Shown here: positions 34,380 to 44,692 of the stretch, piece after piece | Layout: every line of letters begins with the position of its first letter | How positions within the stretch are numbered: position 1 is the stretch's first letter | Source: a virus | Lineage: Duplodnaviria; Caudoviricetes | IMG/VR virus record: IMGVR_UViG_3300032174_000009 | Coordinates: 1-52,440 of that record | DNA: 52,440 bases | Strand: one strand, 5' to 3' | Notes under the pieces: generated by a model | What the model saw: only the letters and a program-made list of their open reading frames with translations | The model's database searches: none | What the model was told of the DNA's origin: nothing | Made by a program: the position numbers and the translations under genes

Positions 34380-37166
34380 GTGGCGATCGGTAATGTTGGT
34401 GACGGCGGCTATAATTCTGCGGCTGCGTCAGGAGGAACAGCTAGCCTAACCCTCGCGTTCCCAGCGAGTATTGCGACAGGGCATCTTGTCCTCGCATCGG
34501 TATGCGTTCAGGGTGTCACGATAGGCTCCCCTGTATGCGCAACACCGACAGGGTGGACTAAAGTTGGGAATATTGCCAGCACATCCACAGGTCTGAATCT
34601 TTATTTATTTGCTGCTATCTATGCGGGCGGCCTGACTGGTGTCTTCGCCGGCTCCGGCCTCGGCACCGGCGGTATGGACGGGGAGATTCGAGGGCTCTCC
34701 GGAACGGGTGCTACTGTAGGTGCAGCACTCGGTAATTTTACGTCTGTAGCATCAGGCATCGTTGCGGCGTGCGCCATTCCAGGCCCTTCTGGCTTTACCT
34801 CTGGGCAGTGGAACTACTGGTGCTCAATCAATAACAACAACCTGGCGGTAAACAGCACATCGCCGGTCCTAAGCAATGTCTATTACAACGCTGGAGCCGA
34901 CGAGGCTTTCGAGGTCGGCACCACAGCGCCCGGTTCTGCACCCGGTACGGAAACCATCACATGGGCATCGGCCGTTGGTGATGTTCTTGGTGTCGGTGTT
35001 ACGGTTAAACCAGCAGCGGCTGCGAATGCGCCACAGTCGGCATGGTGGCCAAACGAGGCAATACGTAGACCAAGACAGGTAGATAGATACCAATCTTGGG
35101 ATTTGCAGCCAGTTGCCTTACGCTCTTTCGGAACAATTGTTCCGACGATAGTTTTGCCACCGCCGTGGTTCGATCCTCCTAAAAGGTGGGTTGCGCCGCC
35201 TGGCTTCGAGCCTACTTGGACGCGGAATTATGGTATCCTCGTCCCTACGGTATTGCCGCCGCAACCGTGGTTTGATCCACCAAAGAGATGGATTGCGCCG
35301 CCGGGGTTTGATACTGGCGTAATACCGCAAGTCTTTGGAACGCCGGTTAAACCTTCGGAGCCGTGGTTTGATCCGCCGAAGCGTTGGAACGCGCCTCTTG
35401 GCTTTGAGGTTCATGTAATACCGCCGTTTGGCACTACTGTGCCGACCGCGAAGCCAAGCGAGCCCTGGTTTTACCCGCCGAAACGGTGGGTTGCTCCGCC
35501 TGGCTTTGAAGCACCGCCATGGCGTAATCTCGGAACAAACGTTCCGCAGGTTCTACTGCCGGAGCCTTTTTGGGTTAACCCATTAAGGCGATACTCGATT
35601 CCGGGTTGGACGCCGGACGTATTTGCGCCCGCTACCGTTACGTTCTCATCTGACGCTTGGTGGTCGCCTTATCGGCAGACTATCAAGCCTCAGGTTTGGG
35701 ATAGCCAACCGCTTACAATTCCCGTTGTACAGCCGGCGCCGGTCCTGTTTACTCAGACCGATTGGTGGTTTCAGGCCAGGCGTTCTTATTCGACGCTGAG
35801 CTGGGACGGGAATCTTGTCCCGCTTGCGGTTATATTATCGCCGCCCGATAATTGGTGGACGCTAAACCGGCAGTATAATCGTCCTGCGATAGTATGGGAT
35901 AGCCAGACACCGCAGCCTTTCGGGACAACGGTCCCAATTACTGACGGCTTAGCGCCTTGGTTTGATCCGCCTAAGAGATGGATCGCTCCGCCTGGCTTTG
36001 AGGCACCGCCATGGCGCAACCTCGGAACCGCAGTTCCAACAACTAAGCCTTCGGAACCATGGTTCGATCCGCCACAACGCTGGTCACCCCGGCCATGGTT
36101 TGAGGTAACCTGGTTTCAGAATTACGGGATTCCTGTCCCGACGGCGAAACCATCTGAGCCGTGGTTTGATCCGCCGAAGCGGTGGAATGCGCCTCCTGGC
36201 TTTGAGCCCCATACGCTCAAACCTATAATACCTGGGACGGCAACGCCATCTTCGGTATTGCCGACACCATGGTTCGATCCACCAAAGAGGTGGGTTGCGC
36301 CGCCTGGGTTTGAGCCAACTTGGACGCGAAATTACGGCATACTCGTCCCTACGGCGAAGCCGTCTGAGCCTTGGTTCGATCCACCGAAGAGATGGGTCGC
36401 GCCGCCTGGCTTCGAACCCACTTGGGTGCGGCCATTTGGAACTCAGGTTCCTACCTCGGTCCCGCCGCCGGAATGGTGGACGGCCCTTCGCCGCGCGCCA
36501 CCGGTTTCGACGTGGTCGCCAGATGTCTTTAGGCCGCTCGTTGCTGCGGTAGTCACGCCAAGCTTTGTTAGTGCGGAATGGTGGCTTCAGGTAAGGCGGC
36601 AGGCCTCTGTTCCTGTCTGGGATAGCTCTACACCGCTACTTCCGTCTGCCACGCCGCCGTTTTTCTCCGGCTCGGAGTGGTGGCAGAAGTCGGCTCCTCG
36701 CCGAAGCGCGGAATGGTGGGGGGATGTTCAACGTCCTATTCCGCCCGCTACGCCAGTTGCGCCGCCGTTTATCGGTGCAGAATGGTGGCATAAATCAGTT
36801 ACTCGCCGTCGCGCGGAATGGTGGGATTTCATCCCGCCTGGCGCGAGGCTTGTTCCGTTTATGGATCAAGCTTGGTGGGGACTTACGGCTCGAGGTCGCG
36901 CCGCTGATTGGTGGCGAGACTCGCCTCTTTCGCCGCCTGTAGGCGTTTCCAGCGGTTGGCAGACGGCTTTCTTCGATCCGAAGGGGCAAACAATCCGGGC
37001 GGTGCGAGATTGGGCTCTAGGGCCATTTTTTGCATATTCCGGGGTGGCAACCTTTATCCCGCCGCTCGAGATCGTGGCTGGGTCAACACAAGCCTTTATT
37101 GTGGAGTGCGAGCCAGCGGTTACGACTGTTTCGGTCGACAATATAGTTTCAATTGTGAAGGTTTAA
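34380..37166 (+). CDS. 928-aa Trp/Pro-repeat protein with a beta-rich N-terminal domain
   Basis: Nine WFDPPKRWxAPPGFE-type repeats plus EWW repeats. Confidence 0.8.
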   Translation: MAIGNVGDGGYNSAAASGGTASLTLAFPASIATGHLVLASVCVQGVTIGSPVCATPTGWTKVGNIASTSTGLNLYLFAAIYAGGLTGVFAGSGLGTGGMDGEIRGLSGTGATVGAALGNFTSVASGIVAACAIPGPSGFTSGQWNYWCSINNNNLAVNSTSPVLSNVYYNAGADEAFEVGTTAPGSAPGTETITWASAVGDVLGVGVTVKPAAAANAPQSAWWPNEAIRRPRQVDRYQSWDLQPVALRSFGTIVPTIVLPPPWFDPPKRWVAPPGFEPTWTRNYGILVPTVLPPQPWFDPPKRWIAPPGFDTGVIPQVFGTPVKPSEPWFDPPKRWNAPLGFEVHVIPPFGTTVPTAKPSEPWFYPPKRWVAPPGFEAPPWRNLGTNVPQVLLPEPFWVNPLRRYSIPGWTPDVFAPATVTFSSDAWWSPYRQTIKPQVWDSQPLTIPVVQPAPVLFTQTDWWFQARRSYSTLSWDGNLVPLAVILSPPDNWWTLNRQYNRPAIVWDSQTPQPFGTTVPITDGLAPWFDPPKRWIAPPGFEAPPWRNLGTAVPTTKPSEPWFDPPQRWSPRPWFEVTWFQNYGIPVPTAKPSEPWFDPPKRWNAPPGFEPHTLKPIIPGTATPSSVLPTPWFDPPKRWVAPPGFEPTWTRNYGILVPTAKPSEPWFDPPKRWVAPPGFEPTWVRPFGTQVPTSVPPPEWWTALRRAPPVSTWSPDVFRPLVAAVVTPSFVSAEWWLQVRRQASVPVWDSSTPLLPSATPPFFSGSEWWQKSAPRRSAEWWGDVQRPIPPATPVAPPFIGAEWWHKSVTRRRAEWWDFIPPGARLVPFMDQAWWGLTARGRAADWWRDSPLSPPVGVSSGWQTAFFDPKGQTIRAVRDWALGPFFAYSGVATFIPPLEIVAGSTQAFIVECEPAVTTVSVDNIVSIVKV

Positions 37167-37175
37167 CGGGACATT

Positions 37176-38009
37176 ATGCATGGTCAATGCCGTATTGGGT
37201 ATGTTAATAAAACTCAACTCAATCTTTTTCCCTATAATGGCAACCTTCTAACTATTGGAGGAATCGACTATACTCTTCCTGCGTCGACTATTTACGATAC
37301 TATAGGCAAGGGGCTAACGCCAAATACCACATATTATGTTTATGCATACTATGACTATGACAAATCCGTACAGATAGAATTTTCTACTACTAAGCGTGCT
37401 ACCGATCCGGCGACGGGATGGCCGATAAAAACAGGCGACTCGTCTCGCACCCTTTTGGGCATGGTTCGCATTGCCTTTAACGGCGATATTCTTCCAAGCA
37501 CCACCGCTTTTGTGGGCATCAAAAATTGGTTCAATAAGAAGCCGTTTCATTTGACGAATGGCGGCGGCGTAACTTACGCGAACTCTAGTTATCCGAATTA
37601 CGGATTCTGCAATCTTCTTTCCCAAATGTCGCAGTATCCAGTCGGCTACGGCGGAATGAATGCTGATGGCACCGCCAAATATGTAGTAGGAAACGGATTG
37701 CCTGGCCTAATTTGGGATTACACCGAAGAGAGTATCTTATTCGGCGAGCAGGGCGAGGCATCATGCTCTGTTTCTAATGGAACATGTCAGGTGACAGGAG
37801 GCACGGCCGCAGATGGTATTTTCAATAACAACTACTGGTCGCCGTGTCAGGTTACCACGCCCGCAAACGTTAATATGAATATTTCGTCAGCGCAACCCTT
37901 TATCGAAATCCCAAGCCGCGAGGGTTACCATGAATTCACCTTCTACGGGCAAACCTATCAGGGCACTGCGGCGTTCTATATTGTTCCTTGGCTTATGATG
38001 ACGGCATGA
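37176..38009 (+). CDS. Fibre or receptor-binding-like protein
   Basis: TTYYVYAY...SRTLLGMVR...NWFN pattern seen in phage fibre domains. Confidence 0.55.
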   Translation: MHGQCRIGYVNKTQLNLFPYNGNLLTIGGIDYTLPASTIYDTIGKGLTPNTTYYVYAYYDYDKSVQIEFSTTKRATDPATGWPIKTGDSSRTLLGMVRIAFNGDILPSTTAFVGIKNWFNKKPFHLTNGGGVTYANSSYPNYGFCNLLSQMSQYPVGYGGMNADGTAKYVVGNGLPGLIWDYTEESILFGEQGEASCSVSNGTCQVTGGTAADGIFNNNYWSPCQVTTPANVNMNISSAQPFIEIPSREGYHEFTFYGQTYQGTAAFYIVPWLMMTA

Positions 38010-38233
38010 TAAGCGAAACATGGATGTGGGCCGCTGGCCTAGTCGGAGCCGTTCTATTTTTTGCTGCAGTTGAGGGTTTGGCGTTGCGGCATCCAAAGCG
38101 GCAATGGACGCTTTCGAAGACGATTGCCTATATTGGCTCGACATGGCCGCTGTCGATTTGGATTTGCGGCGCATTTGCGGGCGGACTTGCTGTGCACTTC
38201 TTTATACCTTTTTGCCCGATATTTTTTGATTGA
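38006..38233 (+). CDS. Small membrane protein
   Basis: Two hydrophobic helices. Confidence 0.5.
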   Translation: MISETWMWAAGLVGAVLFFAAVEGLALRHPKRQWTLSKTIAYIGSTWPLSIWICGAFAGGLAVHFFIPFCPIFFD

Positions 38234-38241
38234 GGGCGGAC

Positions 38242-38565
38242 ATGCCGCAAGCTTCGACCGATTTTACACCAGTTGACCCAGCGCCATACTTTGTGGGAGC
38301 GCGCGGGTTTGATTTCACAACTCAACTAGCCGTTGGCGAGACGATAACGGGGCCTCCGAGCGTTACGATATCCGTTAAGAGCGGAACCGACCCGTCGCCA
38401 TCATCTCATTTGATTGGTGCGCCGTCTCTTAGCGGTAACGTCGTGTCGCAAGTAATTGGGACTTTGGTTGGTGGTGTGACCTATCTTTTGATTGCGACCG
38501 TTTCGACGAACATGGGTGGAACTCGAACGATAACCGCGCATCTTCCGTGCCGGAATATTTCGTGA
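38242..38565 (+). CDS. Putative fibre adaptor protein
   Basis: FDFTTQLAVGETI...GGVTY...T..G.T pattern. Confidence 0.55.
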   Translation: MPQASTDFTPVDPAPYFVGARGFDFTTQLAVGETITGPPSVTISVKSGTDPSPSSHLIGAPSLSGNVVSQVIGTLVGGVTYLLIATVSTNMGGTRTITAHLPCRNIS

Positions 38566-38607
38566 TGAGGGCCGGGGAACCTAACGGCTACCCGGCCAGC
38601 CCTTTGC

Positions 38608-38838
38608 TTATTCGCCTACTGTGATCTCAGCTAGCTTTGCGTGATACTCCTTGCGCATCTTGTCCCGTCTATCGCAGAACTCCTGATTAAGTGAGAACAG
38701 CTTAGCATCGTAGTCAAAACGAGCCTTTTCTAGCTCAGATTGAGTGTCGTTAAGTCCTATTGTTTCATTGACTTGCGTCATGAGAGTTTTGGACGTCTTC
38801 ATAAGTGTGATTGGTGACGACATATCTTCTCCTTTCAT
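38608..38838 (-). CDS. Counter-oriented moron with its own promoter
   Basis: Minus-strand TTGACA (38874-38879)-N17-TATTGT, GGAG RBS and a downstream hairpin. Confidence 0.6.
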   Translation of the reverse strand: MKGEDMSSPITLMKTSKTLMTQVNETIGLNDTQSELEKARFDYDAKLFSLNQEFCDRRDKMRKEYHAKLAEITVGE

Positions 38839-38904
38839 AGTACCGCAAACACAATATAGTAAAACTAATGACTTGTCAAGATATAATTTTTAGAAGGTAG
38901 TAAT

Positions 38905-39213
38905 ATGGCTATTGATAAACATACGATACAGGTGCTTGATGGCGGGCTGGGAGCTTTCACCGATCGCTCTATTGTCGGCGCCCAGACTGGCATTGCGACT
39001 GCCGTTGGCGGTGGCGCCGGTCAGGCAGTAACGACCGCAATTACATTCGCGGAGCCACTTCCTGCAAGTTATGCTGTTTTTGCAACGAGCAATCTAGCAG
39101 TTACGGTCAACGTAACGTCAAAGACCAATGCAGGATTTAACGTTGTAATTACGCCCGTACTCGTTGGGACTACGCTAGGTGCTGGCCTTCTTGACGTTTT
39201 GGTGCTCGCATGA
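38905..39213 (+). CDS. Small structural protein
   Basis: Gly/Ala/Thr-rich; SKTNAGF motif. Confidence 0.55.
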   Translation: MAIDKHTIQVLDGGLGAFTDRSIVGAQTGIATAVGGGAGQAVTTAITFAEPLPASYAVFATSNLAVTVNVTSKTNAGFNVVITPVLVGTTLGAGLLDVLVLA

Positions 39214-39425
39214 CTGCGCTCGTAGATGTGAAGGCGTTAGCGCCGAATGCCTCCGCGAAGGCTGCTCTTGCAGTCAAGGCTCAGGATTACGCTAGCTTGC
39301 AGAATGCCGCCATTCTTAAGGCCTCTGAGCTGAAAGTGATTGTGGCTCAAATGATAGCGCTCCATCCAACGAGTGGCGATGCAACAACTCTCACGAATCT
39401 CAATACTATCTTGGCCGAGCTATGA
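39210..39425 (+). CDS. Small hypothetical protein
   Basis: Coupled ORF; GDA...LNT motif shared with 30383-30607. Confidence 0.55.
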   Translation: MTALVDVKALAPNASAKAALAVKAQDYASLQNAAILKASELKVIVAQMIALHPTSGDATTLTNLNTILAEL

Positions 39426-39472
39426 TGGAAAGATCGCGTTCTTTTATAACCTCTCGAGAACGCGAGAGCGGC

Positions 39473-39643
39473 ATGAAGTTCGCTCCAATATTGCCTCTTC
39501 TTGGCGCTTATGGTGGCGCGCTTCACGCAATTGAAATTAGATTGCGAGAAATCAAGCCATTTCTACAAGATGCATTCGAGCAGTCTGCAGATGATCGGAT
39601 CGATGCCGCTCTGAAGATCCTGGCAGAACTTCTGAAGGAATGA
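39473..39643 (+). CDS. Small hypothetical protein, tandem paralogue 1
   Basis: FAPILP...RLREIK.FL...EQS...DAAL..LAE.LKE. Confidence 0.6.
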   Translation: MKFAPILPLLGAYGGALHAIEIRLREIKPFLQDAFEQSADDRIDAALKILAELLKE

Positions 39644-39646
39644 GGC

Positions 39647-39832
39647 GTGGAGTTTATACCCATACTGCCGATTTTAGCCAGTTACGATAATTTTTACGAC
39701 ACGACTGCTATCAAGGCACTGGAATTGAGATTGCGTGAAATCAAGACATTTCTACCACATGCGATTGAGCAATCACAAGATAGCAAGCTTGATGCTGCCT
39801 TGAGAGCGTTGGCAGAATTTCTGAAGGAATAA
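39647..39832 (+). CDS. Small hypothetical protein, tandem paralogue 2
   Basis: Same motif set as 39473-39643. Confidence 0.6.
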   Translation: MEFIPILPILASYDNFYDTTAIKALELRLREIKTFLPHAIEQSQDSKLDAALRALAEFLKE

Positions 39833-39841
39833 TCTAATCAA

Positions 39842-41272
39842 ATGTCCAAACTGAACAAGCCGGCGCGCGATGCGCTGCCGGATGAGCACTTTGCTGTGCC
39901 TGGCAAGCGCAAATTGCCGATCAATGATGAGCATCATACGCGCTTAGCATGGGACATGGTGGACCGCACGCAGGATCTGACTCCGGAAGAGAGATCGGCA
40001 GCTCGCTCGCGTATTATACAGCGTGCACATGAGCTTGGCGTCGATACTGCCGACTGGCACAAAATGAAGGCGATGCACCTCGCTCCAGAGTTGTGGCACT
40101 CCATCGCTGCTATGTCGCTCAACATCTCCAACGGAGACCATCCAAATAAGATGGCATTCTCCGGCATCCTGACAAGGGTAGACGAACCGTCAGATGAACC
40201 GCCGGGAGGTTCCAGCGGCCGCCGTATCATTGTCACGAGAGAGGCTGCCGAGAAGGCGCTAGGGTCGCTACTCGGCATGGGAATTGATTTTAGCCCGATG
40301 TTTTCCGGGCACGATACGCAAGCCAAGATCGGCATAATCACGTCAGCCAATATTGTCGGCAACGCGATTGAGATCGAAGGTTTCGTTTACGCCTCTGACT
40401 TTCCAGAGGTGGCCGCTAGCATCAAGTCGCTACAATCCGCGCTTGGCTTTTCATTCGAAGCTGAACGGATTCGCGTTGAAGATCCCACTGCGGACATCCT
40501 CAGAATTACTGAGATGGCATTCACGGGCGCCGCTATCCTTCGAAAGGACCAGGCAGCCTATCAAACAACGTCACTAGCGGCAGCGGCCGCAAAGGATGAA
40601 CATATGACCGAAGAGCTTAAGGGGCTCCTCGACGGCCTTGCTGCTCAGGTGACGAGCCTAGCCGCTTCCGTTGAAGAGCTAAAGAAGGCGCCCCCGTATA
40701 TTGACGCGTCGACGCCTGTTATCGACAAAGTAGAACCGCACGCAGCGACCTTAGAGGCCTGCCATGCTGCAATGGAAGCCGCCGGCATTGGCATGCATCC
40801 CCAGCAAGGGCATGTGATTACGCTCAAAAGAATGGTTGGGCATATGCGCGCTGCGGCTGCAATGGGCAAGATTCCGCATATTTTCCGCGATGAATCCTAC
40901 CCGATGGAAGCATCATTAGACGATATCACAAAATATTTTACTCAAAGATCAAAGGAACCCGACGACATGACGCCTGAGGACGTTACAAAAGCCGTCGAGG
41001 CCGCCATGAAACCGGTCCTCGATAAGCTAGCTTCCGCCGAAACGCAGATTGCTGATCTGAAAGCTTCTGCTCAGGCCGCTAGCCCGCCGCCTACGCGCAA
41101 GACCGTCAGCCCGATGATTACGACCCTCCTCGCCAGGGCCGGGATTACCGAGCCGGAAGGTGAAGAGAAACTTGCGCTCGCCAAGGTAGACGAAGCCTTG
41201 AGCAAGGGCAACTTTACAACCCAGCAAAAGATCATGCTTAAAAATGAGCTTGGTCGCGCTGGCGCACTATAA
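39842..41272 (+). CDS. Prohead protease/scaffold protein
   Basis: Immediately before the capsid gene; central H...GFS protease-like region; coiled-coil C-terminus. Confidence 0.75.
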   Translation: MSKLNKPARDALPDEHFAVPGKRKLPINDEHHTRLAWDMVDRTQDLTPEERSAARSRIIQRAHELGVDTADWHKMKAMHLAPELWHSIAAMSLNISNGDHPNKMAFSGILTRVDEPSDEPPGGSSGRRIIVTREAAEKALGSLLGMGIDFSPMFSGHDTQAKIGIITSANIVGNAIEIEGFVYASDFPEVAASIKSLQSALGFSFEAERIRVEDPTADILRITEMAFTGAAILRKDQAAYQTTSLAAAAAKDEHMTEELKGLLDGLAAQVTSLAASVEELKKAPPYIDASTPVIDKVEPHAATLEACHAAMEAAGIGMHPQQGHVITLKRMVGHMRAAAAMGKIPHIFRDESYPMEASLDDITKYFTQRSKEPDDMTPEDVTKAVEAAMKPVLDKLASAETQIADLKASAQAASPPPTRKTVSPMITTLLARAGITEPEGEEKLALAKVDEALSKGNFTTQQKIMLKNELGRAGAL

Positions 41273-41286
41273 GGGGAGGAACGAAC

Positions 41287-42324
41287 ATGGGATTATCACA
41301 ATCCGCTGGGTTCCTAGACCCGCATAGTGCTGAAGCCGCAATGTTGAAATTTACTGCGGCGGCAGATTTCCTTGGCAATGGCGCTATTGAAGTCAACAAG
41401 TATGAAACTGAGATTTTCGACATTATTCGTCGTACCTCAGTATTTCTGCAACGCGTTGATAGGCGTCCGGCAAATGGCCACCCGCATCGTTATTTCGAAC
41501 AAACGGCGATTGCATCGGCTACCTTTACGGACCCGCGCAATATCGTGCCGACTCCGACGGGACCAACCCGCCTTGAGAGATATGTGCCTATCAAGGCGCT
41601 TACCAACCAGACCAATCTGTCCTTGTTTGATGTCGATGTGACGCGCCAGCAAGGTCAGTTCGCTTATGTCGAGGCCAAGGATATTGAGGATATTATTTCC
41701 TCGGTTGTTGTTCTTTCGGCCAATGCGGTATGGACTGGTACCGATACATCGCTCACTACGCCAACGACCACTCAATATATGTCTGTTCTTTCGCAGATCA
41801 CGACTACCGGTTCGGTTGCGCAAGGGGCATCGATTATCGATGGTCTTAAAGCGCAAATTGCGCAGATGGCTGCCAACACGACTTACGTTATCAAGCCGAC
41901 CGCGATATATATCGATCCGATCCTCGGCGATTATATCGATCGTGAAGCAAAGGCATCGCAGATCACCTTCGATAAGATCGAGGTTACCGCCGGTGTATGG
42001 GTGCGCACCATCCAGACTCAAGTGGGGCCGATACCGCTAATTGCTGATCCGTTCCTGTCTGCGGCTATTACAGCGGCAACCGTGGTTGCTTATGGCTTCT
42101 CGGCAGTTCCGGCTGGCCAAAAAGGGTATTACGCGGTCATCGTCACCGAGAAGGACATCGAAATGCCGGTGATCCATGGCGGCGACGGCAACCTCAATCC
42201 GCGTCTATTCCAGCTTGGGTTGCTCAGCGGCTTGCAGGGCCAATATGTCGGCATCCTCTTTGACGCCATTGTTGTCAAAGGCTCGACTTATGCACATCGG
42301 CTGATTCAGGTTATCCGCCCATAA
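41287..42324 (+). CDS. Major capsid protein
   Basis: 345 aa, strong RBS, follows the scaffold and precedes a terminator. Confidence 0.85.
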   Translation: MGLSQSAGFLDPHSAEAAMLKFTAAADFLGNGAIEVNKYETEIFDIIRRTSVFLQRVDRRPANGHPHRYFEQTAIASATFTDPRNIVPTPTGPTRLERYVPIKALTNQTNLSLFDVDVTRQQGQFAYVEAKDIEDIISSVVVLSANAVWTGTDTSLTTPTTTQYMSVLSQITTTGSVAQGASIIDGLKAQIAQMAANTTYVIKPTAIYIDPILGDYIDREAKASQITFDKIEVTAGVWVRTIQTQVGPIPLIADPFLSAAITAATVVAYGFSAVPAGQKGYYAVIVTEKDIEMPVIHGGDGNLNPRLFQLGLLSGLQGQYVGILFDAIVVKGSTYAHRLIQVIRP

Positions 42325-42350
42325 GTATGAGTCATACATTATCGCTAATA

Positions 42351-42385
42351 GGGGCCGGTCTATTTGTGATCGGCTCCATTTTTTT
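42351..42385 (+). terminator. Rho-independent terminator
   Basis: GGGGCCGGTC/GATCGGCTCC stem plus T run. Confidence 0.7.
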
Positions 42386-42420
42386 ATTTATTGCAGAATT
42401 ATATCGATGATGAGGCTCCT

Positions 42421-42669
42421 ATGAAAATCTACAATAACGGCTCGAAGGCGGCGGCAATGCCGTCTTTTTTTATGTCCGTTTCTCCCGCGCGCCATCTGGA
42501 AGGTCAAGAAATGCCTAGCGAATGGGTGACAGACCAAAATTGGCCAATAGATTTTCAGGTCGAATTCAAATTTGGCAAGGCAGAAGTCGACAAGAATCTT
42601 GGCGAATACATGATCAAATATGGCCTCGCCTCAAGGTCGAAACTCATTATCCCTGCGAAGGCTGCTTGA
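42421..42669 (+). CDS. Hypothetical protein
   Basis: GAGG RBS. Confidence 0.55.
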   Translation: MKIYNNGSKAAAMPSFFMSVSPARHLEGQEMPSEWVTDQNWPIDFQVEFKFGKAEVDKNLGEYMIKYGLASRSKLIIPAKAA

Positions 42670-42670
42670 T

Positions 42671-43081
42671 ATGCCATTAGTTTCCCCAGAGCGCTCAGCC
42701 CAATATTGGGAGCCGGTTGCCAGTGGTCCCGTTGCGCAGGCTGATCTTTCTCTTGCCACGTATGCGTCACCTCAGGGAACCGTTCCGACTACTACACCAT
42801 GGTTCATAACATCGGCGATCAACGCTGACGGGTTCAAATTTATAACCGTCACTGCGACTTCATCTCAAGCCGGCGCAATCAATGTTCAGCTTTATGTCGA
42901 TGCGGCTGGAACAATCAAGCAGGGCGCCGTGCAGACCGTAGCGCTGGTTGCTGCCACTCCAAACATTCTTAATGTTAACGGAGCGCTTACGCCATTCCAA
43001 TCATTTACCGTGCAGATTACCAACACTGGTGGATCACCGGCGACCATTACCGGTTACGCTCTTCTCTTGACGGCGCAGTGA
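42671..43081 (+). CDS. Putative structural protein
   Basis: Beta-rich composition; synteny. Confidence 0.55.
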   Translation: MPLVSPERSAQYWEPVASGPVAQADLSLATYASPQGTVPTTTPWFITSAINADGFKFITVTATSSQAGAINVQLYVDAAGTIKQGAVQTVALVAATPNILNVNGALTPFQSFTVQITNTGGSPATITGYALLLTAQ

Positions 43082-43085
43082 TGGA

Positions 43086-43994
43086 ATGGCCTCAAACTAT
43101 CTCGCCGATGTCACGGATGGATATGGCATTACGCCACCTATCACTGTCAGCTTGGCGCTACAGGCCAGTGCGTTCGTCGACGCCTATTTGAAGCGGCCGG
43201 AGGGTCTCCTATATAATATCGATGCCAACGGCAATCCATGCTCGATGGCGTCCGCAACACCGGAGGTGACATACACGCTTTCCGGCTCGATATCGCCGGG
43301 TACGAATGTTGTCGCAACGGTAACGCCAGCGCTTATTAAGTCGTTTACTGTCGGCGAGGTGTTTGTTCTCGAGAATTCAAGCTCAACGCTTCGTGAAGCT
43401 TGCTTGGTAGTTTCAACTAATGGTAACAATCAGGTCACGCTAGGAAGCGTTCAATTCGCACATTCTGCAGGAGCTATTGCTCAGACAGGTTTAACGATTA
43501 CTGAAGATCGAAATTGCCCGAGCAAGCGTTCGATCATTAGGGTTGCCAAAGGGCCGATCGTGAACGTCCTCTCATTGCTCGGGCGCTATGCTTATGGTCG
43601 CCGCTCTGATCAGGTTGGCGGTCTGTACCAAGAGATGAATTTGTTGGCTGCCGTGCAGACGTTTGGCGGCCCTCCGCAATGGATACCGATCCCACTTGCT
43701 CAATGCGATTGGTCAAATCAGACTTCTGAGCTTTGGATTCCGGCTGGTCTGTTGCTGGCCTATTATTCAGATGTGCGTGTACGTTACGTTGCCGGATATG
43801 CAAAAGTCCCAGATCCGATTATTGCGGCAACAATTTCAGTAGCTTCTGGAATCTCTCAGGCTGGCGGCGCGCTGGCCGGGCAAATTAAGATGCTGGCCGC
43901 TGGAAACAGCAAAATCGAGCGGTTTGGCGCATCGGTGATTGATGATGAGACAAGGCGGCTGCTTGATCCGTTCAAGGCGAAGACGATGTTCTGA
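43086..43994 (+). CDS. Head-tail connector (adaptor)
   Basis: ASAFVDAYL...VRYVAGY..VPDPI...LLDPF. Confidence 0.7.
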   Translation: MASNYLADVTDGYGITPPITVSLALQASAFVDAYLKRPEGLLYNIDANGNPCSMASATPEVTYTLSGSISPGTNVVATVTPALIKSFTVGEVFVLENSSSTLREACLVVSTNGNNQVTLGSVQFAHSAGAIAQTGLTITEDRNCPSKRSIIRVAKGPIVNVLSLLGRYAYGRRSDQVGGLYQEMNLLAAVQTFGGPPQWIPIPLAQCDWSNQTSELWIPAGLLLAYYSDVRVRYVAGYAKVPDPIIAATISVASGISQAGGALAGQIKMLAAGNSKIERFGASVIDDETRRLLDPFKAKTMF

Positions 43995-44692
43995 AGGACA
44001 GAGATGTGGAAGTTCTTAGACGATAATTCTAATGGTATTTGGTGGTTAATTATTATTCTCGCGTTTATTATTTTAAATTCGAAGTGCTAATGATGGAGCA
44101 ATTCATGGGCGAGTATGCTCTAAATGTGGTATTCAAAACAAATTATCCCGGTCGCGATGGATTTCCCGATAGCATGACGGCTTCATGCTGCGGCCACACT
44201 TGCACAATAAAAATTATCAAGCCATGGTGGTTTACGTCGGTTATAAAGGCGTGTCTTTTTATTCGGTATACGATGGGAATTTATATTCCTCGTTTTGTGA
44301 CTCAATGTCTATATGATTCTATCCGATACGAAAGCGGCCTTTCGTGAAAACACATTTATGGATATTCTTAGGTGAGCGCTTACTTAAGATACGCATTCCC
44401 GTTATGACAGGACAGTTTCTGTCTCGATATCGAAAGACCATTTTCCCACGGTTGAGGCGCCTTGGCGTCTTGATGTTAATCTCTGATGCAGGATGACCTC
44501 ATGACCTATTGGGTAATCGCTCTTACGGTCGTTTGCGTGAATCCTACCGGAACGAAATATCCATGCGACATGCTCATGAATTCTTATTATGGCGACGGCG
44601 ATGGCGCCGTCTATTTAACGGAGCAAGAATGCTTGCATCAAATTGATGGTTCCAAAAGAATGACATGCATTCCTCAAGAGAGAAAATGATGC

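Noticed and set aside
34380-38009. Diversity-generating retroelement target
   Set aside because: No reverse transcriptase or adenine-specific TR/VR pair is visible in the window
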